DNA of 60,974 nucleotides from Candidatus Geothermarchaeota archaeon (GTDB taxonomy: Archaea > Thermoproteota > Nitrososphaeria > Geothermarchaeales > JDFR-13), in the NCBI GenBank assembly GCA_015523725.1, contig WAJV01000036.1, positions 1 to 60,974 on the forward strand, in the 5' to 3' direction. Position 1 is the first letter of the stretch, and every line of letters starts with the position of its first letter. A program made the translations under genes and the position numbers. This document shows positions 45,990 to 55,154 of the stretch, piece after piece. The notes under the pieces are model-generated. The model was not told the DNA's origin and searched no databases. It saw only the letters and a program-made list of their open reading frames with translations.

Positions 45990-46747
45990 ATAATTTCTTT
46001 AGGTATTTCTTTTAATTTTCTAGCCTGTAAGATATATGCTTGTGTTAGGGGATAGTATGCATATGTTAATAGATTGATGACGTTTTCTTCATTAGTCTTC
46101 GTTAGGAGGTAGTTAGTTAAGTATATGTCTATGCCTGGATATAGTTTTTTAGTTATTCTTATCTCTCTATCGATGCGTAGGATTTGATTATCTTCGATTT
46201 GTTCGTGTTTTATGAGTGTGTTGTATAGGGCTCTGCATAGTTCTATTAAATGATTTTTGTTAGGTGATAACATTTTCTTATTTATCAATTGGTTAATATC
46301 ATTTTCATATACTAATTTGTTGAATTCCTTTACCATATATATTTTCTGTTTTATAATTTTTTTGCATATTTCTAGGGCGAGCTCTAGTGCTGAATCGATA
46401 TTAGTTATATGATATGTTTCTTTAATTATGTTTAGTTTGTTTTTGTAACCATTACAGTCTTCCATGTTTAATATTAGAATCTTGTCAAGATAGTCTGGTA
46501 TACCTAATTCTCTATCAATATCTTCAATTAATAGTCTTTTACTAAATTTGCTTATAGTATCTTTTGCTGTTGATTCTTCGTTGTATATTACGTTTATTAT
46601 TTTTTCGAAGCTAAAGTTATTTACTAAGTATTGAATGGAATATCCTTTTATATAGATGTAGCATCGAGTTGGATGTATGTAAGATAGGTCTGTATAGAGT
46701 ATCACTATGTTTATACCTCTATTTACAGAATTATTTTTGTAATTCAA
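45953..46747 (-). CDS. Truncated citrate-synthase-fold protein (probable non-catalytic)
   Basis: N-terminus GINIVILYTDLSYIHPTRCYIYIKGYSIQYLVNNFSFEKI aligns with the citrate synthase GLEDV..T.LT.IDG..G.L.Y.GYS.EDL..FEE block. C-terminus LYPGIDIY..LTQAY..IIYEGP aligns with YPN.D.Y..GW.AH..Y.GP. The central GFGHRVY region is absent. Confidence 0.5.
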   Translation of the reverse strand: MNYKNNSVNRGINIVILYTDLSYIHPTRCYIYIKGYSIQYLVNNFSFEKIINVIYNEESTAKDTISKFSKRLLIEDIDRELGIPDYLDKILILNMEDCNGYKNKLNIIKETYHITNIDSALELALEICKKIIKQKIYMVKEFNKLVYENDINQLINKKMLSPNKNHLIELCRALYNTLIKHEQIEDNQILRIDREIRITKKLYPGIDIYLTNYLLTKTNEENVINLLTYAYYPLTQAYILQARKLKEIPKEIIYEGPIGLENLK

Positions 46748-47948
46748 TTATTTTGTCAATGCTTGGATAGTTTTCTTCCGCCATTCCATGTAGAAAAGAC
46801 CCTCCACTTACACATAGAATGCCTCCTGTATTCTGTATTACTCTATCTAATCCGTACATCGTGATTTCTGCAGTTGTATCTCCTCCTAGGAAAATGAGTC
46901 CCGTTCCGCTTATCATCTTGGTTAGTTTAATTCCATTTGTGAAGCCTCTCTCAAACACACCGAGTGGACCTGCTCTTATTCTTATGAGGTCTGTCTCCAT
47001 TTCTTCTGCATACCATTCCACTGTCTCACTTCCTATATCCATTATGACTCCATCTGTTTTGTGAATTTCTTTTAATGATACCTCTTTTTCTTCGCCATTC
47101 TCGATTATTACGAAGTCTTTTGGATATTTCAAGTCATACTTTTTCAATAGTTTCTTAGCTTCTTCGAACATTTCTATTGGGAACTTTTTTTCTAAGAATC
47201 TATTGTTTATTGGGTTTAGGTCGTAACCATCTACATATGCCAGTAGTTGCCCTGGCACTCCTCCGGTGAATCCTTTAGCCCACTTTAATATGTTGTTGAG
47301 ATAAGATATTTTTGCTAGTTTGGCTCCCCCCATTAATAAGGATACGCCGACTTTTTTATTATCCAGTACTTCTTTAAGTGTTTTTAGCTCCAGCACAGAT
47401 CTTACGCCTATGTATGTTTTATTTATGTAAGGGAGTGCCATTATGCTTGTGTGGGGTCTGTGCCATACTGGAATTGCATCATTTACACATGATTTGACTA
47501 AATCTTTAAAGAATTTTATGTATTTGCTTTCTTCTGGATTGAATTTTGTTTCTTCATCCATCATTCTTATGTTATCCAAGAGTAGGACTTCACCCGCTTC
47601 GAGATTCTTTATTTTTTTCTTGGTTTCTTCTGTAAATATTTTGTCAAATTCTATATATTCTATATCTATCTCGGTTGGGAGTAATTTTCTTAGAATTATC
47701 CAGTGTTGCTTTAGATGTATGAAATCTTTTTGACCTTTCCTCCCTTGGTGTGCCACAACAACTAAGCCTGTGTATTCTGATAATAGCCTTATTATATCAG
47801 CGTATATATATAGTCTATAGCTATTCTCAACTATTCTACCATCGACTACGGGCACGTTGATATCTATTCTTAATAGGGTTGGATTCTTTAGCTGTGATGC
47901 TAGGTTCACTAGCCAATAATCTCTTGTCTCTAAATAGTAGTCGGGCAT
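46731..47948 (-). CDS. pgk: Phosphoglycerate kinase (archaeal type)
   Basis: LLRIDINVPV..VVVAHQGRKGQKDF, GGAKLAK, and GGDT motifs. Confidence 0.85.
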   Translation of the reverse strand: MPDYYLETRDYWLVNLASQLKNPTLLRIDINVPVVDGRIVENSYRLYIYADIIRLLSEYTGLVVVAHQGRKGQKDFIHLKQHWIILRKLLPTEIDIEYIEFDKIFTEETKKKIKNLEAGEVLLLDNIRMMDEETKFNPEESKYIKFFKDLVKSCVNDAIPVWHRPHTSIMALPYINKTYIGVRSVLELKTLKEVLDNKKVGVSLLMGGAKLAKISYLNNILKWAKGFTGGVPGQLLAYVDGYDLNPINNRFLEKKFPIEMFEEAKKLLKKYDLKYPKDFVIIENGEEKEVSLKEIHKTDGVIMDIGSETVEWYAEEMETDLIRIRAGPLGVFERGFTNGIKLTKMISGTGLIFLGGDTTAEITMYGLDRVIQNTGGILCVSGGSFLHGMAEENYPSIDKIIELQK

Positions 47949-48028
47949 TTTTCATCACTAAATGATATTTATTGTTATAATTGGTTTAAAAGGTATATGG
48001 AGTTCGTTTTTAATTTATTATTATCTCA

Positions 48029-49078
48029 CTATTTCTTAGTCTTCTTTATAGATTTTATTTCTTCGATTAATGCTGGGATTATTTCCTTATAATCTCCCAC
48101 CACTCCATAATCCGCGTTCTCGAATATTGGGGCGTCTGGATCGATGTTTATGGCTACCACTCTCTTAGCTTCTCTTATACCAAAGACATGTTGGGCTGCT
48201 CCACTAATACCGACTGCTATATATAGTTGTGGTTTTACTGTCTTGCCGGTTTGTCCTACTTGCTTTTCATGTGGGATCCATCCAGCATCAACCGCTTTCC
48301 TTGAGCCTGCTATTACTCCGCCTAAAAGGTCTGCCAACTCTTTAAGTAGGTTGAATCCTTCTTTTGAACCTAGGCCTCTCCCACCTGAGACTATTATTTC
48401 CGCCTTCTCTATAGGGATCTCTTCTTTCTTTTTTATAGGGATATATTGAATTAGTTCCATCTTTGGGTCTATTACTTCTTTGACCTCCTCTATAATTATT
48501 TCTCCTTTTCTACTTAGGTCTTTTTCTGGGGTTGGGAATACGTTGGGTCTTACGCTTCCCATTACGGGCTTCCTATCCCTTGTCTTTATGTGGGCTAGCA
48601 TCCATGCTCCGAATGGTGGTCTAATAAGTATTATATCCCTAGTTTCTTTATTAACCTCTATCATTGTTAGGTCGGCTGTTATGCCTGTTCTTAGGTTATT
48701 TGCAATATATGGAGCCAATTCTCTTCCGCGCATTGTTCCTCCTATTAATATGGATTCAGGTTTATATTTCAAAGCTAATCTATAAATTATATCTCCATAG
48801 AGGTTTGGTGTATATTTTGATAATCTTTCGTCATCGACCACAATTACTTTATCGGCTCCGTAATATATGGCTTCTTTAGCTAAATTCTTAACTTTATATC
48901 CTACAAAAATGGCGGCTGCATATGTCTCTAATTCATCAGCAATTTTCCTAGCTTGGCCGAGTAGTTGTAACGATGCCTCGTTTATTTCTCCATCATCGAC
49001 TTGCATATATACCCAAATTCCTCTATATTCATCGGGATTTATCTCGGTCCATTCGCTACATAGCCTCCTAGCTGTCAA
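48029..49078 (-). CDS. etfA: Electron transfer flavoprotein alpha subunit (FixB/EtfA)
   Basis: SGGRGLG and AVGISGAAQH FAD-binding blocks. Confidence 0.85.
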   Translation of the reverse strand: MTARRLCSEWTEINPDEYRGIWVYMQVDDGEINEASLQLLGQARKIADELETYAAAIFVGYKVKNLAKEAIYYGADKVIVVDDERLSKYTPNLYGDIIYRLALKYKPESILIGGTMRGRELAPYIANNLRTGITADLTMIEVNKETRDIILIRPPFGAWMLAHIKTRDRKPVMGSVRPNVFPTPEKDLSRKGEIIIEEVKEVIDPKMELIQYIPIKKKEEIPIEKAEIIVSGGRGLGSKEGFNLLKELADLLGGVIAGSRKAVDAGWIPHEKQVGQTGKTVKPQLYIAVGISGAAQHVFGIREAKRVVAINIDPDAPIFENADYGVVGDYKEIIPALIEEIKSIKKTKK

Positions 49079-49089
49079 TACTATTCACC

Positions 49090-49899
49090 TCATGGGTCTA
49101 ATAAACCCTCTTCTATTAATTTTTGTATTAACCATTTAGCGGCTTTTCTTGGATCTTTTTCATTGAATATTTCATTTTTCCTTGGCACCTTGGGTACAAA
49201 GTCTATGGCTGATACCACTGTTGGTGATCCTCTTAGTCCAGCGCAGTTTACATCAATATCTAGGTCTTTACTTGTCCATACTTGAATCAAATTTTCCATT
49301 TTTGCTCTTAACTTGTTTGATATTTTTATTCTTCTCGGTTCATATGTGTGCATAGCTATGGATACGACTGCAGGTAATTTTATCTTATATATTTCAAATG
49401 CATTCTCAAGTATTCTCTTAACCATGATACTTTTTTCTTTCTCGTTATAGTCTATTTCTTTTGCGTAGTATATGTAGGGTAATTTTAACCATGATGCTAC
49501 TTGAGCACCTATATGAGCGGTTGAGCTGTCTATGGTTTCATGTCCCATTATTATTAAGTCATAGTCTCCAATTTTCTCTATAACTTTGGCTAGTACGTAT
49601 GATGTTGCTAATGTATCAGCTCCAGCGAATACTCTATCTGAAGCTAATATCCCCCTATCTACTCCCATTCCAATAACATGTTCTAGTCCGGCTATAGCAG
49701 AGGGTGGTGCCATGGAGATTGCTGTTACTCTACCTCCATATCTATCTTTAAGCCTTAAAGCCATTTCAACTGCTGTTAGGTCATGTGGATTTACTACACT
49801 TGGAATCCCTTCTCTTATTAGGGTTCCGGTTTTTGGATCTATATTAACGGATGTTGTGTTTGGAACCCATTTTATTCCAACTATTATTTCCAGCCCCAT
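49090..49899 (-). CDS. etfB: Electron transfer flavoprotein beta subunit (FixA/EtfB)
   Basis: KWVPNT..VNPHDL..ALRLK and LIIMGHETIDSST pattern. Confidence 0.85.
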   Translation of the reverse strand: MGLEIIVGIKWVPNTTSVNIDPKTGTLIREGIPSVVNPHDLTAVEMALRLKDRYGGRVTAISMAPPSAIAGLEHVIGMGVDRGILASDRVFAGADTLATSYVLAKVIEKIGDYDLIIMGHETIDSSTAHIGAQVASWLKLPYIYYAKEIDYNEKEKSIMVKRILENAFEIYKIKLPAVVSIAMHTYEPRRIKISNKLRAKMENLIQVWTSKDLDIDVNCAGLRGSPTVVSAIDFVPKVPRKNEIFNEKDPRKAAKWLIQKLIEEGLLDP

Positions 49900-49918
49900 T
49901 ATCTATCACCTTATTTGC

Positions 49919-50218
49919 TTAACTGAATCTATAATGAATCCCTCTGCCGCTTTTTGGATAGCTCCATTCTACTGCATTCTCTGGGCATACTACTCTACAT
50001 GTTCCACATTCTAGACATCCTTCGTAACTGAATAATACCTCGTCTCCTACCAAGGTATAGCATTCGGCTGGGCATAATCTTATACATGGTTTCCATTTAC
50101 ATTCTCTACATTTATTATAGTCTACTTTAATATGGGGTTCGTAATCCACATCCCAAACATCGTTATTTAATATATCCTCTATTCTCTGTATCTTTTTTTC
50201 TTCCACTTTAGTGCTCAA
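49919..50218 (-). CDS. fixX: FixX-type ferredoxin-like protein
   Basis: CPAECY..YEGCLECGTCRVVCP..WSYPKSGRGIHYRFS is the classical FixX pattern. Confidence 0.85.
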   Translation of the reverse strand: MSTKVEEKKIQRIEDILNNDVWDVDYEPHIKVDYNKCRECKWKPCIRLCPAECYTLVGDEVLFSYEGCLECGTCRVVCPENAVEWSYPKSGRGIHYRFS

Positions 50219-51516
50219 ATCTTCCTACTCACCTCCCATAAATCTTTAATTAGGGTTAACCAACTTATTCTACCTTTCTTCACTTCTTTAAAGGCTTCCA
50301 TAATCTTGTATGAGTCGTAGTCAATATGCATTAATCTACTAGCTAACTCATTTATTAAGGCTGGATAGGTATTAAATAAACGTTCTTTCTTCATTAACTC
50401 CGTTACACCAGAGAACTTATTTAACATTCTATATATGAAGCTATTCCTTAATAATTCCTCATATTTGGATAAGTTATCTGATGTAGGCCCTCCATTATTA
50501 TGTGCATAATCATACGCTTTTGCCGCTAGATATCCTGAATATGCTGCGAAATCTACGCCTCTATAGGTATAACCTTGGTTAAGTAAGAGTCCAGCTGCAT
50601 CCCCAACTATTAATAGACCATCATAATATAATTTCCTGGGTTTTAATGAATTAATGTCTTCAGGTATTAGGTGGGTCGAGTATTCCATTATCCTTCCTTC
50701 TTTTAAATATTTATTTATTAACGGGTGTATCCTGAATTCTTCAACCAACTTATAGATATGTTTATCCAATTTTCTTATAGCTTCTTCCAGCATCAGTACT
50801 ATTCCTAAACTTATAGAGTCCCTATTAGTATATAGGAAGGCTCCTCCAGGTATTCCATTTGTCAGGTTACCTATGAATACCCAAGATAATCCATCATTAT
50901 TATCTAGACCGAACAATTGGTTGATTAAGTTGGAGTCAAGTTTTATAACTTCTTTAACTCCTAATGCGACTTGGTTTGGCTTTAGTTTCTCGACTAGATT
51001 AGCCTCTTCCAGTAATAACCTGTTTATTCCTTCTGCATCTATTACCACATCTGCATTGACTACTTCATCTTCGACGACTACTCCTTTGAATACATTATTC
51101 TCTCTATATAATTTATCTACCCTTATTTCTGTTAATAAAATGGCTCCTTGATTAACTGCTTGATTAGCCATCCATCCACTTAACTGAGTCAGATATGTAG
51201 TGAAGCTCGTTGTCTTAGTACTTTCATATTCTATTGTCGTCGAGTTCTCATTATCGATAAATGATATCCTTTCTTTTTTTACCCATCTATGTATTGGAGC
51301 CTTTTTTTCGAAATCATCGTATATATCCTTGAGAGGCTGAAGATACACCCTCCCACCAAACATATTCTTTGAGCCTGGTGTCCTCCCCCGTTCTAAAAGT
51401 AGTGTTTTATATCCCATTTTCGCTAATTGATATGCAGCGGTTGAACCCGCTGGTCCCGCCCCTATCACGATGGCATCAAATCTCTGGTTTATCACACTCA
51501 TAATGTTATACACCAT
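50215..51516 (-). CDS. fixC: FixC-type FAD-dependent oxidoreductase (ETF:quinone oxidoreductase-like)
   Basis: FDAIVIGAGPAGSTAA dinucleotide fold and GDAAG. It overlaps fixX by 4 nt. Confidence 0.85.
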   Translation of the reverse strand: MVYNIMSVINQRFDAIVIGAGPAGSTAAYQLAKMGYKTLLLERGRTPGSKNMFGGRVYLQPLKDIYDDFEKKAPIHRWVKKERISFIDNENSTTIEYESTKTTSFTTYLTQLSGWMANQAVNQGAILLTEIRVDKLYRENNVFKGVVVEDEVVNADVVIDAEGINRLLLEEANLVEKLKPNQVALGVKEVIKLDSNLINQLFGLDNNDGLSWVFIGNLTNGIPGGAFLYTNRDSISLGIVLMLEEAIRKLDKHIYKLVEEFRIHPLINKYLKEGRIMEYSTHLIPEDINSLKPRKLYYDGLLIVGDAAGLLLNQGYTYRGVDFAAYSGYLAAKAYDYAHNNGGPTSDNLSKYEELLRNSFIYRMLNKFSGVTELMKKERLFNTYPALINELASRLMHIDYDSYKIMEAFKEVKKGRISWLTLIKDLWEVSRKI

Positions 51517-51644
51517 CAGTGACTAAACTAATGATATATTAAAGGATTGATATATAGAACCTAGTATAAATAAGTTAATGTATTTTATATTAAGTATATC
51601 AGATTGTTAAACAATGATATAAAAAATTAATTATATATTTTGGT

Positions 51645-52538
51645 TTACTTGTACTCTTCGTTTAATCTAATGCATATATCCGAGATTTTTCTGGATAAGG
51701 TATCGTCAGGATATGGATATAATGGCGGCCTTGTAAATATAGGATACCCCATAATATGATTCAATACTCTCTTAATCCCCGGTATCCCTGTTTCACTTAT
51801 GAAATTGAATACATCAATTAATTCCCAGTAAATTTTCATTGCATCATTTATATCATTATCGACAACTCGGTTAATCATTTCTTTCAGGGGTGCTGGTATT
51901 ATGTTAGCAGCCGCTAATATTACACCATCTGCTCCCATCATAATACTGGGCAAAGAAATGTAGGGATTTCCAGGTAAAATTTTGCCTCTACCGCCCAATT
52001 TTTTTATTAACTTAATTATATTTATCATGTTTCCACTGCTGTCCTTTATTCCTATTATTTTTCTGCCATCAATTAGTTCTGATGCTGTTTCAACATCTAT
52101 ATTTATACCAGTTATTTGGGGGAAGTTATATAGTAAAATCGGTTTATTTAATTTATCCGAGATCTCTCTATAGTATTTTATAATATTCTCTGAATTATGT
52201 CTATAGTAATATGGTGTTATTATTAGGAGTGCCTTTGCTCCATGCTTGGATGCATCAATAGAATATTCTAAAGTTCTGTTTAGTGATTCAGCTCCTGTAC
52301 CGGCAATAATTATTTTATTATCTCCGATTAAATCTAATGCTGATTGAAGTAGTTTTAGTCTATCTTCCCGATTGAGGTGTGGAGCTTCTCCTGTTGATCC
52401 CGATATTACTAATCCATCGACTCCATTATTTAATAACCAGTTTATGTGTTTACTGTAGGCGTCAATATCTATTTCTAAATTATCCTTTTTGAAGGGTGTT
52501 GTTATTGCTGGTAGGACGCTTCCTTTTTTAATATTCAT
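51645..52538 (-). CDS. DapA-family class I aldolase (dihydrodipicolinate synthase or KD(P)G aldolase)
   Basis: GSTGEAPHL, TPYYY, and Schiff-base lysine context GIKDSSG. Confidence 0.8.
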   Translation of the reverse strand: MNIKKGSVLPAITTPFKKDNLEIDIDAYSKHINWLLNNGVDGLVISGSTGEAPHLNREDRLKLLQSALDLIGDNKIIIAGTGAESLNRTLEYSIDASKHGAKALLIITPYYYRHNSENIIKYYREISDKLNKPILLYNFPQITGINIDVETASELIDGRKIIGIKDSSGNMINIIKLIKKLGGRGKILPGNPYISLPSIMMGADGVILAAANIIPAPLKEMINRVVDNDINDAMKIYWELIDVFNFISETGIPGIKRVLNHIMGYPIFTRPPLYPYPDDTLSRKISDICIRLNEEYK

Positions 52539-52614
52539 CTCAAATTAAATTTATTATTGTTGGAATATTTATGCAATAAAACTAATTATTATTGGCTCTG
52601 GAGGCTATTATTAG

Positions 52615-53508
52615 ATGATGAATAGATGGATAGCTTCATTAATATTGGCTGGTATATTAGTGGCTGTAATAATCGTATTCTTAATTGGCTTTGGGGCTAT
52701 CGGCTCTAATGGTCTTGTAAATGGTGGCGTTATATACTTGGGTGATAGAAAAAACCTGGATACTGGATATATCCATAAATTTAGGGTAATAATAGTCTCT
52801 GCCGAGTCAATAAGTCCTAGTGACGTCAAATCCTTAAAAGATGATAATAATCTAGTTCTAGGTTATGTGAATATTGGTAAAATATCTAGCGATAATTCTA
52901 TTGATTATTCCTCTAAACCTGATATTTTTCATAAAGCTGGCCAAGAATTTTTTGTTGAATATTGGAGTCCTGAGTGGAAGAGTCTACTTATTGCCAGAGT
53001 GGATAGGATTCATATGCTTGGGTATTCTGGAGTATTACTCGATGATTCTGATGTATATAAGGAGATTATTCAAAGGGGTTTTAGTTGGGCTAAGGGAGTG
53101 GATGTTAAGAAAGAGATGAAAACACTCCTAATTGATATAATATCATATTGTAGGAGTAAATATGGTAAATCATTTTTTATAGGTATCGGTTTATCAAGAG
53201 ATATTGACTTAATGAATGACCCCATGCTTTACAGAGAGGTGGATATTGTGGTCTTTAAGGAACTGTGGCATCAACTTGTTAATGGAAAGGTGGTTAAAGT
53301 ATGTGAATGTGAATTAAGACATATATTTAGTGTATTGGATCAAGCTGTTTCAGATGGGAAGATAGTTGTTGTGGTGGATCCAGTTGAGGATGCTTATGAT
53401 GCTACTGATTTCTGTAAAGTGGCTAGATTAAGAAATTATGTGCCTATCCCCCAGCCTTATAATCACTGGTCTTTTGACACGCCTCCGCCTCCGAAATATT
53501 ACGGTTGA
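52615..53508 (+). CDS. Membrane-anchored MJ1477/TM1410-family putative glycoside hydrolase (GH114-like TIM barrel)
   Basis: N-terminal TM helix, VLGYVNIG, and EYWSPEWKSLL..LGYSGVLLDDSDVY. This matches the ..Y.S.G...YW.peW......G.DGv.LD..D.Y pattern. Confidence 0.5.
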   Translation: MMNRWIASLILAGILVAVIIVFLIGFGAIGSNGLVNGGVIYLGDRKNLDTGYIHKFRVIIVSAESISPSDVKSLKDDNNLVLGYVNIGKISSDNSIDYSSKPDIFHKAGQEFFVEYWSPEWKSLLIARVDRIHMLGYSGVLLDDSDVYKEIIQRGFSWAKGVDVKKEMKTLLIDIISYCRSKYGKSFFIGIGLSRDIDLMNDPMLYREVDIVVFKELWHQLVNGKVVKVCECELRHIFSVLDQAVSDGKIVVVVDPVEDAYDATDFCKVARLRNYVPIPQPYNHWSFDTPPPPKYYG

Positions 53509-53509
53509 T

Positions 53510-55084
53510 TTATATTTTCCATATCGTGTAGTAGCAAGTTTCTATTACTTCTTTGAAGTTTTTTTCAATATAGTTAATGGCTGGGTTTATGCTACGCATT
53601 ATCCTGCTTGCAGTCACTCCAGGTTCACCGTATTTCTCTGCAGCTATATCCCCAGCTACACCATGGATGAAGACGCCGAATCTAACCGCTTCACCTATAT
53701 TTAGGCCTTGGCAGTAGAATGCTGGTATTATGCCCGATAGAACATCTCCTGAACCTGCTGTAGCCATTCCAGGGTTCCCACTTGTATTTATATATATTTT
53801 TCCATCGGGGTATCCAATTACAGTATTTGCCCCCTTGAGGACGGTATATACGTGATATTTAGATGAAAATTTCCTAACTATATTGATTTTATCCCTTTTT
53901 ATTTCGTTAATTGGTTTATTAATTAGTCTACTCATTTCTCCAGGGTGGGGCGTTAATATAATAGGTTTTTTCATCTTCTTCAAAATATCTATGTGTTTTG
54001 ATAATAGGGTTATTCCATCGCCATCTATCAATATAGGCTTATCCATTTGTAAAACAAGGTTTGTCAATAACTCCTCTGTATCTTTACTTATTCCCAGTCC
54101 AGGTCCGATGACGATGAAATCCATGATGTCACTTATTTTTAGTAGGTGGTCTATATTGTCTCTTGATATTACGCCATCTCTTGTTTCAAGTAGGGGGATT
54201 TGAATAATTTCACTTCCCTTCTGTACTATGTGATGTATAATAGATTCTACAGTGGCTAGATAAGACATTCCTCCTCCAGCTATTAGGAAGGAGTATGCCG
54301 ATAAATATGGTGCGCCCATATACATTCTCGAACCGGCGATGAATAGGCATCTTCCATAATCTCCTTTATGGGTATCCTTCCTTCTAGGGGGTAGTCTTAA
54401 TGGTTCATTTAATTCGATAAATAGTTCAGGCGATTCAAGTAGACTTTTTGGATATGATATGTGTGATAGGTAAAGTTTACCTACATGTTCGGCTCCTGGG
54501 TAGAGAAATAACCCGATTTTGGGTAATCCAAAGGTTACGGTTATATCTGCTTGGATTGCGATACCCATTATTTTTCCTGTGTCGCCGTTTACTCCAGATG
54601 GAATATCTATGCTTAAAATAGGTCTATTAGATTTGTTAGCGGAATTAATTGCTTCTCTATAAATTCCACCGACTTCTCTATTCAATCCAGTTCCAAAAAT
54701 TGCGTCTATAATTAAGTCTCCATTATTTAGATATTTGTTTAATTCATCCTTGGTCTTTATTCTATATATGTTTAGGCCGATCTTTTTAGCTATGTCAAGG
54801 TTTACTTTTGCCTCTCCTTTAAATTTCTTCTCATCAGCCAGTAAAAGTATGTCTATATTTGACCCATTACTATGGAGTAGTCTAGCGGCTGCTATTCCGT
54901 CTCCGCCATTATTTCCAGGTCCTGCCAATACTACTACATTTAAATCCTCTATTCCAAATTCTATTTCCACAACGTTTTTTACAGCGTTTGCAGCGTTCTC
55001 CATTAATAGTAGTCTTGATATGCCGAACCTGTTGGCGGCGAATTCATCCAGTCTCTTTATATCTTCTACTGTAGCTACTTTCAT
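53510..55084 (-). CDS. nnr: Bifunctional NAD(P)H-hydrate repair enzyme (epimerase plus ADP-dependent dehydratase)
   Basis: GPGNNGGDG (YjeF_N) and GPGLG..GSGDVLSG (carbohydrate kinase-like C-terminal domain). ATG 55084 preferred; the ORF is open to TTG 55108. Confidence 0.85.
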   Translation of the reverse strand: MKVATVEDIKRLDEFAANRFGISRLLLMENAANAVKNVVEIEFGIEDLNVVVLAGPGNNGGDGIAAARLLHSNGSNIDILLLADEKKFKGEAKVNLDIAKKIGLNIYRIKTKDELNKYLNNGDLIIDAIFGTGLNREVGGIYREAINSANKSNRPILSIDIPSGVNGDTGKIMGIAIQADITVTFGLPKIGLFLYPGAEHVGKLYLSHISYPKSLLESPELFIELNEPLRLPPRRKDTHKGDYGRCLFIAGSRMYMGAPYLSAYSFLIAGGGMSYLATVESIIHHIVQKGSEIIQIPLLETRDGVISRDNIDHLLKISDIMDFIVIGPGLGISKDTEELLTNLVLQMDKPILIDGDGITLLSKHIDILKKMKKPIILTPHPGEMSRLINKPINEIKRDKINIVRKFSSKYHVYTVLKGANTVIGYPDGKIYINTSGNPGMATAGSGDVLSGIIPAFYCQGLNIGEAVRFGVFIHGVAGDIAAEKYGEPGVTASRIMRSINPAINYIEKNFKEVIETCYYTIWKI

Positions 55085-55154
55085 CTTTATCAAATTATAT
55101 ATAATCAATTTAGATTAAATATCCTTATTAAATAGCTTTTTGGTGTGAATATGG

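Noticed and set aside
45953-46747. Calling this ORF a functional citrate synthase or citryl-CoA lyase.
   Set aside because: The central catalytic region with the GFGHRVY-type histidine is missing, and the C-terminal His is replaced by Tyr. Only fold-level similarity is supportable.
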